Source: Haliotis rubra (taxonomy: Eukaryota). Taken from it: a DNA stretch of 64,000 nucleotides. Position numbers and translations under genes: made by a program. The DNA is taken from contig NW_025767186.1 of assembly GCF_003918875.1 (NCBI RefSeq), positions 620,001 through 684,000 of the forward strand, in the 5' to 3' direction. Below the pieces are notes generated by a model. That model ran no database searches. It was given only the letters and a program-made list of their open reading frames with translations, and was not told the origin of the DNA. Positions 1 through 13,900 of the stretch are shown piece after piece; the first letter of the stretch is position 1, and every line of letters begins with the position of its first letter.

Positions 1-1320
1 AGTCAGAGGGTAGGCTTGACACAGTTACAGTCAGAGGGTAGGCTTGACACAGTCATAGTCAGAGGGTAGGGATTATTACAGTCAAATGGTAGAGTTGACA
101 CAATCAGAGGGTAGGGATAACATAGTCACAGTCAGAAGGTAGGGTTGACACAGTCATAATCAGAAGTTATGGTTTACATAGACACATTCGGGAGGCAGGG
201 TTGACACAGTGAGAGGGTAGGGTTGACACAGTGAGAGGGTAGGGTTGACACAGTGAGAGGGTGGACTTGACACAGTCACAGTCAGAAGGTAGGGTTGACA
301 CAGTCATAGTCAGAAGGTATGGTTGAAACCGTAACAGTCCCAGGGTAGGGTGGACAGAGACAAATTCAGGAGGCAGGGTTGAAACAGTCACAGTGAGAGG
401 GTAGGGTTGACACAGTCACAGTGAGAGGGTAGGGTTGACACAGTCACAGTGAGAGGGTAGGGTTGACACAGTCACAGTGAGAGGGTAGGGTTGATATAGT
501 CAGTCAGAAGGTAGAGGTGGCACAGTCACAGTGAGGGGGTAGGGTTGATATAGTCAGTCAGAAGGTAGGGTTGAAACAGTCACAGTGAGGGGGTAGGGTT
601 GATATAGTCAGTCAGAAGGTAGGGGTGGCACAGTCACAATGAGAGGGTAAGGTTGATAAAATCAATCAGCAAGGTAGGGTTGAAACAGTCACAGTGAGGG
701 GGTAGGGTTGATATAGTCAGTCAGAAGGTAGGGGTGGCACAGTTACAATCCGGTGGTAGGGCTGAAACAGTCATAGTGTGAGGGTAGGGTTGATATAGTC
801 AGTCAGAAGGTAGGGGTGGCACAGTTACAGTGAGAGGGTAGGGTTGATATAGTCAGTCAGAAGGTAGAGCTGAAACAGTCATAGTGTGAGGGTAAGAGTC
901 GACACAGTTACAGTCAGAAGGTAGGGCTGAAACAGTCATAGTGTGAGGGTAAGAGTCAGAAACAGTCATAGTGTGAGGGTAAGAGGGTAAGAGTCGAAAC
1001 ACACAGTTACAGTCAGAAGGTAGGGGCTGAAACAGTCATAGTGTGAGGGTAAGAGTCGACACAGTTACAGTCAGAAGGTAGGGCTGATACAGTCAGAAGG
1101 TAGAGCTGAAACAGTCATAGTGTGAGGGTAAGAGTCGACACAGTTACAGTCAGAAGGTAGGGCTGAAACAGTCATAGTGTGAGGGTAAGAGTCGACACAG
1201 TTACAGTCAGAAGGTAGGGCTGAAACAGTCATAGTGTGAGGGTAAGAGTCGACACAGTTACAGTCAGAAGGTAGGGCTGAAACAGTCATAGTGTGAGGGT
1301 AAGAGTCGACACAGTTACAA
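1..1320. repeat. Minisatellite, about 28-bp unit (cacagtcacagtgagagggtagggttga) turning into a 57-bp (28+29) dimer at the right end
   Basis: Tandem repeat seen directly; the ORF at 1071-1364 has 19-aa periodicity. Confidence 0.95.
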
Positions 1321-1715
1321 CTACACAATATTGAGTTGATGCTGATCTTGTTAAGGTTCGGCATGGAATCATGGAATCAAGGAATCAAGGAATCAAGATA
1401 TCCTGTCCAGTTTTCAAACGTCAATTCTTGTCACAGCCAATGTTATGGAATACAATGTTCGTTAAAATATAAAATTCGCCCCTGCCATCTAAGTGTGTAT
1501 CTATGGTAACATTCCTGCTGACAACAACGCCGCACCTGTCTCGCAGGATGTTCCTGAATACGATTTGAACTACGCTGTCAAAGAAAAACGTCCGTCGATG
1601 ATGCAGTACCAACATTATTGTTTAGGGTGTACAACGTAATGCACCATCTTTGTCCGACACTGAATCAACCCAACCCCGTTCAGGTTATCTGGAACATGTA
1701 CAAATGCACACTCGC

Positions 1716-1934
1716 CTTCAACTGAGGGTCGCTTTTCACATACTCTGCCTTGCTTCGTCAAACACTTCAGCCCCATGTATCTCCCGTGTACCGAGGACAT
1801 AGCCAGACAACGTTCTTCTTTACTGGACTTCTTGGGGGAAACGTACGGATTCACGGGCATCTTGCTCAGCCACATCCAGCTGCCGGGGTCCACAAACCTA
1901 CTGCCCCCGATGTAGTAATCAGTGGATCGGTAAT
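1716..1934 (-). CDS. Exon: C-type lectin-like domain, second half ([25 protein letters not shown]...[32 protein letters not shown])
   Basis: TTGCAG acceptor at 1935. YIGG (WIGL-like), WxW, CxxM and C...CEK pattern. 3' end is either a GC donor (AAG|GCGAGT, intron from 1715) or read-through to the stop at 1615. Confidence 0.75.
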
Positions 1935-4900
1935 CTGCAAAGTGGGAATAATATTACAACAAAGTCCAAAATGGAAACAGTGGTGGCTTAATCGAAAACA
2001 ATGAACAATATCCAAGCAATGGAAGACGCGCTTTTAAGTCTGCAGTTTTAAGCGGTTCCTCATAGTTCCTCGGCCACTGATTCGCGCACGAGTAACAGCT
2101 TACTTGTTGAGGAGTACTGTTTGTGTATATATTTTTTTAACTATATAACTATATATATTTTACCACCATTGACCATATACGTACTTTCAAGGCCCTGTTC
2201 AACTGGTTATCTGGTTCCTCATTACAATACATCGTACATGGGCTTTCAAGTATAGCGCTCTGTACAACTTTATATACTGTCTGGTTTTCACTAAATTTTC
2301 GCACCTTCTTTGCTCTGTACAGCTTCATGGACCGCCTGTTGTTTCTTTGTCGTGTTGAGTTCAGCCAGAACTCCATCTGGTGTGGCGGCACACGCTTTCA
2401 CGGCCTCATACCATGATGTTTGCCTTGTCTCCAACTTGAAACAGAAGTCTTCTTCTAAAAGGTAGAAATATCCTTCGTCCACAGGGCAGTGCCATGGCAG
2501 CTTTTTAGGGGCTGTGAACACACAGAAATATTCAACACTTGATCACACGCAGACACACTGGACAAATAAATGTCCATTCTTAAAAAGATCATGTTAATTT
2601 GACTTGGTCACAGACCTATCAGCTATAACTGTGTGGTTAAGAAAACAGATTTTGTCCTACATGCATAACTGTAACTATATATGTTTGCTGTTTCACGCCA
2701 CACTCTAGTCTGGTCCAGAAAATCCACTGATACATCAGCGCAGTTGCGATTCTATGCCATGCATCAGCCGAGATCTCCAGAGTCACAATCCAGATAACTG
2801 TATCTATAAGCACCACGTTGTTATCAAAATATACAGTCAAGATGTATGAATAAGGTTTTCCCTTGAGTAGGACATACAAAATTAAAATTAACTGTTCCCA
2901 CATAACCAACTTGTTTTGTTCTGAGATTTCCAAAAGTAAAGAGAACCCTTCGAGTGTTTGACAATCCACTGAACTGAACTTGGTGGTAGACGTCTCTGAG
3001 TCACAACAATTTATCTGTCTTTGTGTGCATTATTGTGGAACTTTAAATCCAGGAGACATAATACATACTGATTCATAGGTGGCGCTGCACGTCGGTGACG
3101 CCATCGTAAATTGTGCTCTCGTCATTTTGCTTGTTTTTGTGTGTTTTAATGCCGCATAAGTGCTCATTTTGAACATAAAGACTAACGAAGTATGTCTGAC
3201 AAGATATTGCTGAGAACTGTCTGTGTGGTTTCAACACTTCTGTTGATTTTTGACCACTTCAGTGGTGTATGTTAACCATGGACAGTCATGGAGGTCAACA
3301 ATGGCGGACCAAGCCAGACGCTAATACTCTCTTATGAACGGGCAGAACTCCTGAAACTCCGGAATTACACTGATATCAGCTCACTAAGACTGGATATACC
3401 ACCGGAATGTGACACTGGAAATTCACAGAGAACGCGGAAAAGAGGTAAGAGGGGTGGAGTGAGACGCCGGGTTAGGGCTAGACAGCACAGACCCCCTCTA
3501 CCTACACTAGTATCGCTAACATACGCACTCTACGGAAACAATTTACGGAGCGTGAAGCATGTGTAACGTATCTACATCGATATAAAGACAGCTGCCTTCT
3601 TTGCTTCTCGGAAACATGGCTAACGGACAGTATTGATAGTGCAAGTCTTTGCCTCGATGGATTTGGTACCCCGATACGGCTGGACAGAGATGAAGTGGCA
3701 ACCGGTAAATCTAGTGGAGGCGGCGTATGCATGTATGTCAATTCTAAATGGTGCCCTAATTATGTTGTTCGAGATACAGTGTGTACACCCGATATCGAAC
3801 TCTTAACTGTGTCTTTCAGACCGTTCTATCTACCAAGGGAATTCGGGCAAGTGTTTATAACTGTTGTGTAAATTCCACCTGATGGAAATGATAAACGTGC
3901 TGCGGATGTTTCATGTGATTCTGTTAATAAACTGGACATGCTATCGGCGGATGCTCCCAAATTCATCCTTGGTGATTTTAATAGTCATCACTACCACACC
4001 TGTATCAGTATGTGAACTGTAAAACAAGAGGCGAGAAGACAATTGAACTTTGCTATTGGACAATCAAGAACGCCTATAAATCATTTTGCAAGCCACCTAT
4101 CGGAACTTCTGACCATAACGCAGTTTACTCAATCCCAGCTTACAAACAGAAACTTAAAACTGAGAAAACAGTGACAAAATCAGTGAAAGTCTATGCTAAA
4201 GAATCCATTGATGAGTTAAAAGCGTGCTTTGATGGTACAGCTTGGGACCTATTCGAGCAGGACTCCGATAGTGTTGACGAATTGTGTGAAGTTGTGACCT
4301 CTTACATAAACTTTAGCGTGGACTCCATCGTACATAATAAAACAATCAAGATCTTCCCGAACAACAAACCATGGGTGACAAAGGAGTTGAAAGCCCTACT
4401 TAGTGACAAGAAACGTGCATTGTGTTCTGGGGACAAGGTGAGAGTTAAATCAGCACAGAAGGACATATTACACTGTTCTCAGGAGTGTAAGCTCAAGTAC
4501 AAAGAAAGGATTGAATCAAAATTTCGGGAAAATAATCTTCGGGATGGATGGAATTGTGTTAAAAATATTCTTGGAACCAATCGGAAACAAAAGGAGATTA
4601 ACGTGAGTGACAGTCTAAAGTTTGCTGATGAATTGAACATTTTCTATTCTCGTTTTAATGAACATGACTTTTCAGAGGAAATGAAATCATCTTTTGGGAA
4701 ACCTTTCATTCTGCGAAACTCCAGTAATCTCCACTGATGACGTCAAAGAGTCGTTTCGAAGATTAAACTGTCGCAAGAGTGCGGGCCCCGATAATATCAC
4801 TTGTGCTATTCTCAAGGAGTGCCGTCATCAGTTAAGTGGTGTCTTTCAACAACTTTCCCAAACTACCCTGCTATACAATCATATACCCACTATGTGGGAA

Positions 4901-7900
4901 ACATCTAACATTGTACCTCTCCCGAAAAGGCAAAACCCGAAAGTGCTAAATGACTATCGCCCCGTTGCTCTGACATCGGTAGCCATGAAGTGTGTTGAAC
5001 GCATTGTGAAAAGGCTACTTATGCGCGAGGTTGAAGAACATCTAGACCCACTCCAGTTTGCTTACCGGCAGAGAAGAGGCACAGACGACGCCACATTAAC
5101 CCTCCTGAATCTTATCTATAAACGTTTGGAACAAAATGGATCATATGTGAGAATCCTGTTCGCTGACTTTTCCTCCGCATTCAATACCATTCAGCCACCT
5201 TTACTTCTGTCAAAACTGACAAACTTAAGTGTGAACAGCAATCTGATCAGATGGATAGACTCTTTCATGACTGACAGACCTCAGTATGTTACTGTTAATG
5301 GAATCAGTTCCTCGGTTACCAACCCGTCCACTGGAGCTCCACAAGGATGTGTTTTGTCACCCATATTGTTCATCATTTATACCAACGATTGTATCTGTAA
5401 AGCTGTTTCATTATCAAGTTTGCCGATGACGCAGCAATTGTTCACTTCTGAAATCTGCTGACCTTGATTACAAAAATGCAGTCTTGAATTTTACTAACTG
5501 GTGTAAAGATAACTTTCTGGTTTTAAATGCTAAGAAAACAAAAGAAATGATTATAGATTTCAGGAAATCATCTAACTCTTTGAACCCTATTGTAATCAAC
5601 AACGAGGAAATTGACATTGTGAGAAAATACCAATATTAAGGCACTGCCATTGATTGTAAGCTTAATCGGAATGACAATGTTACCTGTACAAGAAAGTCCA
5701 GCAGAGATGGTACTTCCTACGTCGTTTAAACAACTTTAACATTGATTGTTCTCTTGTGGAACTGTTTTACAAAACATTTATACAAAGCATTTTAACTTTT
5801 AGCCTTTTTTGTTGGTTTGGTAAACTGTCTGTTCAAAATAAAGCTAAAGTTAACAAAATTGTTAACCAAGCACGCAAACTCATTGGCACTGAGTCAATAA
5901 CAACTATCGGCCTAGTTAATGAGCAGCAATCATAAAAAAGTGCGGAAAATTGTAAGCGACAGCTCTCACATCCTTTTTTACGATTTTGAATTTCTTCCAT
6001 CAGGTCGTCGTATGCGCATGCCGATAGCTAGAACAAACAGGTTCCGTCATTCTTTTGTACCAGCCGGTATTCATTATTTTAACAACATTTAATCTTAAAT
6101 ATTTATTTTCACCTAAACCTCTTACCATCATGTATACCATTTCACACCACTGCGTTTTTACCTCAACATTTCAGTTCATTATGTCCTCACCCGTTTTAGT
6201 GCTCTCATCTATTTATTTGTTTACTATGTCAGTGCTTACTGAAATGTGATATGTTGCGATTCCTTGTTTTGTTCTGTCTTACGTGTTTTACGATGTAACC
6301 AAAATTTCCTTCGGGATAATAAAGTATTATCGTATCTTATCTTATCTTTTCTTATCTTAACTAACTACGGAATCCGTCCGTGGGAGTACTATACAATATG
6401 GAAAATGATGGTAGTTTTCACCTCTCGGCAACACTTATCCAAAATTATGTGTAGGCCAGAATATCCCAGGGTGATCACATACAACAGGGTTGTAGCATGC
6501 CACTGACCAACACTGACAAACGCGTGTAAAAGTCTTTTAACAGTTGAAACACTGTTGCACAAGGTATGACACTGCCTCATAATCCTAAATGCTCGAAACA
6601 TGGTGAATGTCACCAATACTTTTCTTGTGCCAGTCCTTTCGTGCAATGTATTCCTTTAGAGTAGTTGATTGGACAAAACAAGACATCCAAAGTCTTGACC
6701 GCCTGACCAGAAGGATCATGTCTGATAACAGAGCCCACCACCCTCGTTCCTCTCTAAAATCGTTTATATAGGCCAGTCAGTTCGGGAGGTCTGGGTTTGA
6801 TTAATGTGGAGGCTCTTCGTGATAGAATTTGTTGTGCACATATTTATTTATCGGATGATCCTCTGGTGATGCATGTCAAGACTCATGATGAAAGTAAGGA
6901 ATTCCACAGCTATTTTAAGCGTGCCAAGGTTGTTGGACAGAATCTGAAATTTGAGGTTGATTTTGTTGATGGCGATGTACTTCTGGAAGATACATCGATG
7001 GGAGTAAACCAGGTGAAGTTATTCACCAAGTCTGCCCAGAGTCGGTCATTTGTGGAAAAACTTTCCGAGAAGCCATTGCGTCGTGTGTACATGCAGTGTG
7101 TGGAACAGAACAGTAATCCCACCGACTCCTTCGCCTGGATGAAGTCGGCTGGTCTTAATGTCAAACTGAGGGCTTTCTATTTGCTGCCTAAGACCAGTCA
7201 CTTCCCACTCGCAAGTTTCTTAAAGAAAATATTTGCATGAAATGTCGACTGTGCAATGAATTTACAGAGACTGTCCAACACCTTGTCAGTAGTTGCTCTT
7301 CCTTGGCACAAACAGCATATATTAAACGACATGATGGCATGGTTCGTCGCTTTCACTACCCTCTTCGCCATGCCTGTGGCTTTGACTCTGAGGTCCATCC
7401 GTGGTACGACCCTGAACATGTCCAGTGCGTCATGGAAAATGATGCTTTCAAACTTCTTTGGAATAGGGCCATACAGCCTGAGAAGAATTCCAGCCAACAA
7501 ACCTGATCTTGTCCTTATTGATAAAGCCAATGAATATATTTATATCATTGCATTTTCTGTCCCTTTTGACAGCAACATGATTGGCAAGATTCACAAAAAG
7601 CATGCTAAATATGCGGACCTCGCCTTTGAAATGTCTCGCTTGCATCCCAAGTACACTGTCGCCAGGCTCGCCATTGTTCTCGGTGCCCCTGGTTTGGTAC
7701 CTCCTGATCTCTTGGCGCAGATCAGTTCTGTTGTAGTTTTACCTGTTCAGCTGGGGAACCCCTTTTTGACAGATTATCTCTCTTACGTATGCCTGACAAA
7801 AGTCTCTCATTTGAAATCCAACTTTCAACTTCCTTTCTAAAGCTAAGAAAAGAAGTCTCCTTTTCTTCATGATGTTTTCTCTCACAATCTCTATCTGACT

Positions 7901-10900
7901 CAGAACCAATTTGCTCACAATAGGTGGCAAAGTAAGTGTGATACTGTTAACACAAATACAAAACAAAACTTCACTGAACGTAAACCGTGACTACCACTGT
8001 TCAACATCAATCTGGAAAGTTCTCGTCTTCGTTAAGGCTGAATGCGCTACAACCTGTCGATTCTTCAACCCTCGTAACCTTTCAACGTTCTCAGACTGTT
8101 CAGGCAATGTCAAATCACATGTTTTATCCTGTACATCAGACACATCGTCCCTTGCCGTTGCCATCGTAGCACGTTAAATAAACTATTTAAAAAATACAAA
8201 CAAACAACCACCAGTCACAAAACAGAAATATAGACTTGCTAAGTAAATAACGTCAAAACTAACAATTACAAAATTAATGATTAAAATATACATTAAACAA
8301 AACCTTTAAATAGTATTCCCTTATTATGCATTAAAATACATTATAATAACAAACAATGCTGCTTACATTTGTGTTCTTGCCTAACAAAGAGCTGCTATCT
8401 CCAACATGGAGGCGGTGAAAACCATGTGGTCTGTGATGAATATCATTAACAGTAAGGGGAGGCAATCTAGTCCTGACAATCATGATAATACCTTATGGAA
8501 AGTAATAACAGTTATAGCCTTGCTAGACTTTCTGAACATCTTATGAACTAAATTTTACAATGAAAAATTATCACACTATTTTAATACTTTATTACTTTGC
8601 AACATAAAAGTATAACCTTTGACAAAAATAGCTCTAAAGCATGAAATTATAAACTAATTGAAATAAACACTTTTTTTGCATCAACACCTAACATTAAGCC
8701 ATTATTCCATCAAGTGCTTCTAAATTCCACAAAGGACTGAAACCTAAGAACCCCTGAACTGACCCCCTTATCACATTTGTAAGAACTCCCTGAGATTCAG
8801 GATGATATGCACTCGACTTAATCTGAGATAAGTTAACCTGCTTTGTCTGCTGGACGACACCTGACATGAAGATGGATAGTCTTAGGTTAGTCAAATACGT
8901 AGCAAATAACTTCACCAAAGCCTCGATGATGACCTGAGATGAATTAACTGTAAAGGAGTAGCCTCTGGAAGTCTAGTGGAAGGACACCTTTAGTTAGCAT
9001 GTACTTCTTACTTAAGTTCAGGCATCAGGCAAAGGACCAAAGTAATCAATGATGGCACTGCTGAAAGACGCTTAAAAAACTGGAATGGGTTTCAATTTCG
9101 CACCTCATGTTTTCTGATTTGAGTTGCCCACCATTTGATACATATGGCGGGTTTTTGAAAAACCAGTTAAATCATGCCGGTAATGAGGCCAAATGACATG
9201 GGATAACATTTTGATAAAAGCTTTGTTCTCACCTAAATGACCTGCCAAAAGAGTGGCAAACGCAAAACATGTTTTCGATAGGAATTTGGAAGAACAAACT
9301 GATGAAAAACACTCCATGAATTATCAGCAGGTACATCTTGCAGTCTCAAATTCTTCATCGAATGCTATCCTTGGAATAATAGCAAACTGCAGCCTTCTTC
9401 TAAAGAGAGTGCCCAACTGGAATGAATCTGAGTTCTGGGTCTTCTCCCTGTAGCTTCGGAACTGAGTCCTCAACTGCCAATTTGTCAGCAGTTTAAGTAC
9501 TCGTTTAAGTACTTTAGACAGGTCCAGGGAATGATCCATGAAAGCGTCATAACTGGATTTCAGTACTTTCCGAAGTGCTAGGTTCATGACAAACATCAGG
9601 ATCAATGGGGAAAGACTGACTGTTTTCAAAGCGAACTTTCTAAACTCCTAAATTATATGGCTCACGGCATTATCTCCAAGATGGATCGGTTATTTTGAAC
9701 CAACCGGAATAGAACTTGAGCTTTTGTCAACAAACTCAGAACCAGACTTTGAAATGGTTGAATGAGAACTAGGAGAGGTTGAACTATCCTTACCTGGTTT
9801 ATAACGCTGTGAACTCCTGCCTGAAACCCTGACTGACTAAAACAAACCTAAGACTTAGTGATTGATCGTCTGTCAAAGCATCAGCCTGGTGTAATAGATC
9901 AGCAAACTGCTCGTCAATATAGATCTGAATATCTCCTAAGAAAACCGCTTAAAATCTTGGAGCAGAAGCAACAGTCTCAAACTGTCACAATTACCATTAC
10001 CCTCTTTTGAAGCAACCATTTATTAAGCAAAGTTTCCTCCTCCCTACCAAACTCAACAAAAGTAGTGCGGAATACACTTCCTGGGCTTCCTGGACCTTTC
10101 CCCTCAATACACTCCCTGGGCTTCCTGGACCTTTCCCCTCAATACACTTCCTGGGCGTCCTGGACCTTTCCCCTCAATACACTTCCTGGGCTTCCTGGAC
10201 CTTTCCCCTCAATACACTTCCTGGGCTTCCTGGACCTTTCCCCTCAATACACTTCCTGGACTTCCTGGACCTTTCCCCTCAATACACTTCCTGGACTTCC
10301 TGGACCTTTCCCCTCAATACACTTCCTGGACTTCCTGGACCTTTCCCTCAATACACTTCCTGGGCTTCCTGGACCTTTCCCCTCAATACACTTCCTGGAC
10401 TTCCTGGACCTTTCCCCTCAATACACTTCCTGGACTTCCTGGACCTTTCCCCTCAATACACTTCCTGGGCTTCCTGGACCTTTCCCTCAATACACTTCCT
10501 GGACTTCCTGGACCTTTCCCTCAATACACTTCCTGGGCTTCCTGGACCTTTCCCCTCAATACACTTCCTGGACTTCCTGGACCTTTCCCCTCAATACACT
10601 TCCTGGGCTTCCTGGACCTTTCCCCTCAATACACTTCCTGGACTTCCTGGACCTTTCCCCTCAATACACTTCCTGGACTTCCTGGACCTTTCCCCTCAAT
10701 ACACTTCCTGGACTTCCGGGACCTTTCCCCTCAATACACTTCCTGGGCTTCCTAGATTTTTCCCCTCTATACACTTCCTGGGCTTCCTGGACCTTTCCCC
10801 TCAATACACTTCCTGGACTTCCTGGACCTTTCCCCTCAATACACTTTGCAACATTGTTAGCCACCCTTTCAAAATGTGAGGAAAACTTCTAAATGCCGTT

Positions 10901-13900
10901 CAAAGACTCTAATTTTCCGAGGTTTTAAATTTATATCTCTGAGAGGTAACGTGAGGTGGTGGTGGTGACATAGTTTTAGGGCGACTTTCGCCCAAGACAT
11001 TAATTGAAGTATCGTAAGTATAAGTAGGCCTACTGCAAATGTTTATATATATTTATCAAGCAAAAAAATGTTTTCACTATCTAGATATGTTCATGAAATG
11101 ACAGGATCTTCTGCTTAATAATATGTATTAAAACATCAAGCAACCAATTTGTTTGTGATCTAACATGAGATGAGAGGGAAGTGTTACCTCCCCTTATATA
11201 CCTCTCATATGCTGGAATGAAGTCAAGTTCTTGAAAGGCATCAACGTTTTTTGGATAACAACTAAGTTTTATTGTTTGTACGACGTTTCAGAGCTGATTG
11301 CTGCTCCTTCATGATGCTATCCATAACACGTGGAATGGAATAAGGTCCTTCTAGTTTTGACAGATCATTCTACACCGTTCCCGTCACCACTTGGGAGGCA
11401 GGGTATGGCACTGCCTCATAGCACATGAACATTTGTTAAGGCTTCAGAGTCACATTAAAAGTTGATGCCAGGATTCCCCCTCAGGTAACAGGTAACAAGC
11501 AGTCATTCACAACTAGCACGTTTCTCCCTAGATCCTCCACAATGTAAGTTCAGTTAAGTGAACGAAGAGGCACCATTGATAGCGTTTACCCTGCCAGTCC
11601 CTATGTGCCCAGCTCTTTAGCCAGATACATGTTTCATCAGGATTACACCCACAGGACCTGTAACAGCTGATCACACAAGGCAGAATCGGATCTTTGTCCG
11701 CCATTGCGGTCACATTGTGTGCGATCATGTTCCTATCTTACTTGTAACGGCCACCGTGTGTGAGATCATGTTTCTCTCTTACTTGTAACGGTCACAGTGT
11801 GTGAGATCGTGTTCCTCTCTTACTTGTAACGACCACAGTGTGTGAGACCATGTTCCTCTCTTACTTGTAACCGCCACAGTGTGTGAGACCATGTTTCTCT
11901 CTTACTTGTAACGGTCACAGTGTGTGAGATCATGTTCCTCTCTTACTTGTAACGGTCACAGTGTGTGAGATCATGTTTCTCTCTTACTTGTAACCGCCAC
12001 AGTGTGTGAGATCTTGTAATGTTTCTCTCTTACTTGTAACGGTCACAGTGTGTGAGATCATGTTTCTCTCTTACTTGTAACGGTCACAGTGTGTGAGATC
12101 ATGTTCCTCTCTTACTTGTAACCGCCACAGTGTGTGAGATCATGTTTCTCTCTTACTTGTAACGGTCACAGTGTGTGAGATCACGTTTCGCTCTTACTTG
12201 TAACGGTCACAGCGTGTGAGACCATGTTCCTCTCTTACTTGTTACGGTCACATTGTGTGAGATCATGTTCCTCTCTTACTTGTAACGGCAACAGTGTGTG
12301 AGATCATGTTCCTCTCTTTCTTGTAACGGTCACAGTGTGTGAGATCATGTTCCTCTCTTACTATTAACAGTCACAGCGTGTGAGATCACGTTTCTCTTTT
12401 ACTTGTAACGGTCACAGTGTGTGAGATCATGTTCCTCTCTTACTTGTAACACAGTGTGTGAGACCATGTTTCTCTCTTACTGAGACCATGTTCCTCTCTT
12501 TACTTGTAACGGTCACAGTGTGTGAGATCAACTTGTAACAGTCACAGTGTGAGACCATGTTCCTCTCTCTTACTTGTAACGGTCACAGTGTGTGAGGCCA
12601 TGTTTCTCCCCTGACTTGTAACGGTCACAGTGTGTGAGACCATGTTTCTCCCTGACTTGTAACGGTCACAGTGTGTGAGATCGTGTTCCTGTCTTACTTG
12701 TAACGGCCTCTTTGTGAGAGACCATGTTTCTCTCTTATTTGTAACGGTCACAGTGTGTGAGGCCATGTTTCTCTCCTACTTGTAACGGTCACAGTATGTG
12801 AGATCATGTTTCTCCTTGACTTGCAACGGTCATAGTGTGTGAGACCATGTTTCCCTCTTACTTGTAACGGCCACAGTGTGTGAGATCATGTTTTTCTCTT
12901 ACTTCTAAAGGTCACAGTGTGTGAGATCACGTTTCTCTCTTACTTGTAACGGTCACAGCTTGTGAGACCATGTTCGTCTCTTACTTGTAACGGCCACGGT
13001 GTGTGAGATCATGTTTCTCTCTTACTTGTAACGGTCACATTGTGTGAGGTCAAGTTTTTCTCATACTTGTAACGGTCACATTGTGTCAGATCATGTTTCT
13101 TTCTTACTTGTAACGGCCACAGTGTGTGAGATCATGTTCCTCTCTTACTTTTAACAGTCACAGTGTGTGAGATCACGTTTCTCTCTTACTTCTAACGGTC
13201 ACAGTGTGTGAGGTCATGTTTTTCTCTTACTTCTAACGGCCACAGTGTGTGAGATCGTGTTTCTCCCTGACTTGTAACGGTCACAGTGTGTGCTATCATG
13301 TTCCTCTCTTACTTGTAATGGTCACAGCTTGTGAGATCACGTTTCTCTCTTACTTGTAACGGTCACAGTGTTTGAGACCATGTTCCTCTCCTACTTGTAA
13401 CAGTCACAGTGTGTGAGACAAAGTTTCTCCCTGACTTGTAACGGTCACAGTGTGTGAGATCGTGTTCCTGTCTTACCTGTAACGGTCACTTTGTGAGAGA
13501 CCAAGTTTCTCCCTAACTTGTAACGGCCACAGTGTGTGAGATCATGTTTCTCCAAACTGACTGAAGTATCAAACAATGTCGATGGCAATGTTTCGCACAG
13601 AAAATAGTGGTGAGTTTTACTTGCCTCTACATGTTGCTGGTCGTCTATTCCACTTTCCATTCAACTGGCACACGAGCGAGGTATGTCCAATCGGCCTGTA
13701 GTTGTTGTAGCAACCAACGCGTAGTCTTGTTCCCACGGATCGAGATGTGTCTCCGACCCGCAGTCTGTTCAGGTTGTCTCTGTTGAAAAGACCTGGCGGC
13801 AGACGGTTATCTTCTAAGGGAGGACAAGCTGGAAAACATATGCTTAGTTGGTGAATACACAGCTCATGACAAGTAAAGTTGAGTCTATAGTACTAAATAC

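Noticed and set aside
10007-10892. 290-aa and 275-aa ORFs
   Set aside because: Read-through of a 35-bp minisatellite; the unit is not a multiple of 3 and the ORFs cycle through all frames.
11528-11728. Cys/Trp-containing 66-aa ORF as an extra exon
   Set aside because: No domain pattern or convincing splice sites; it begins inside the minisatellite edge.
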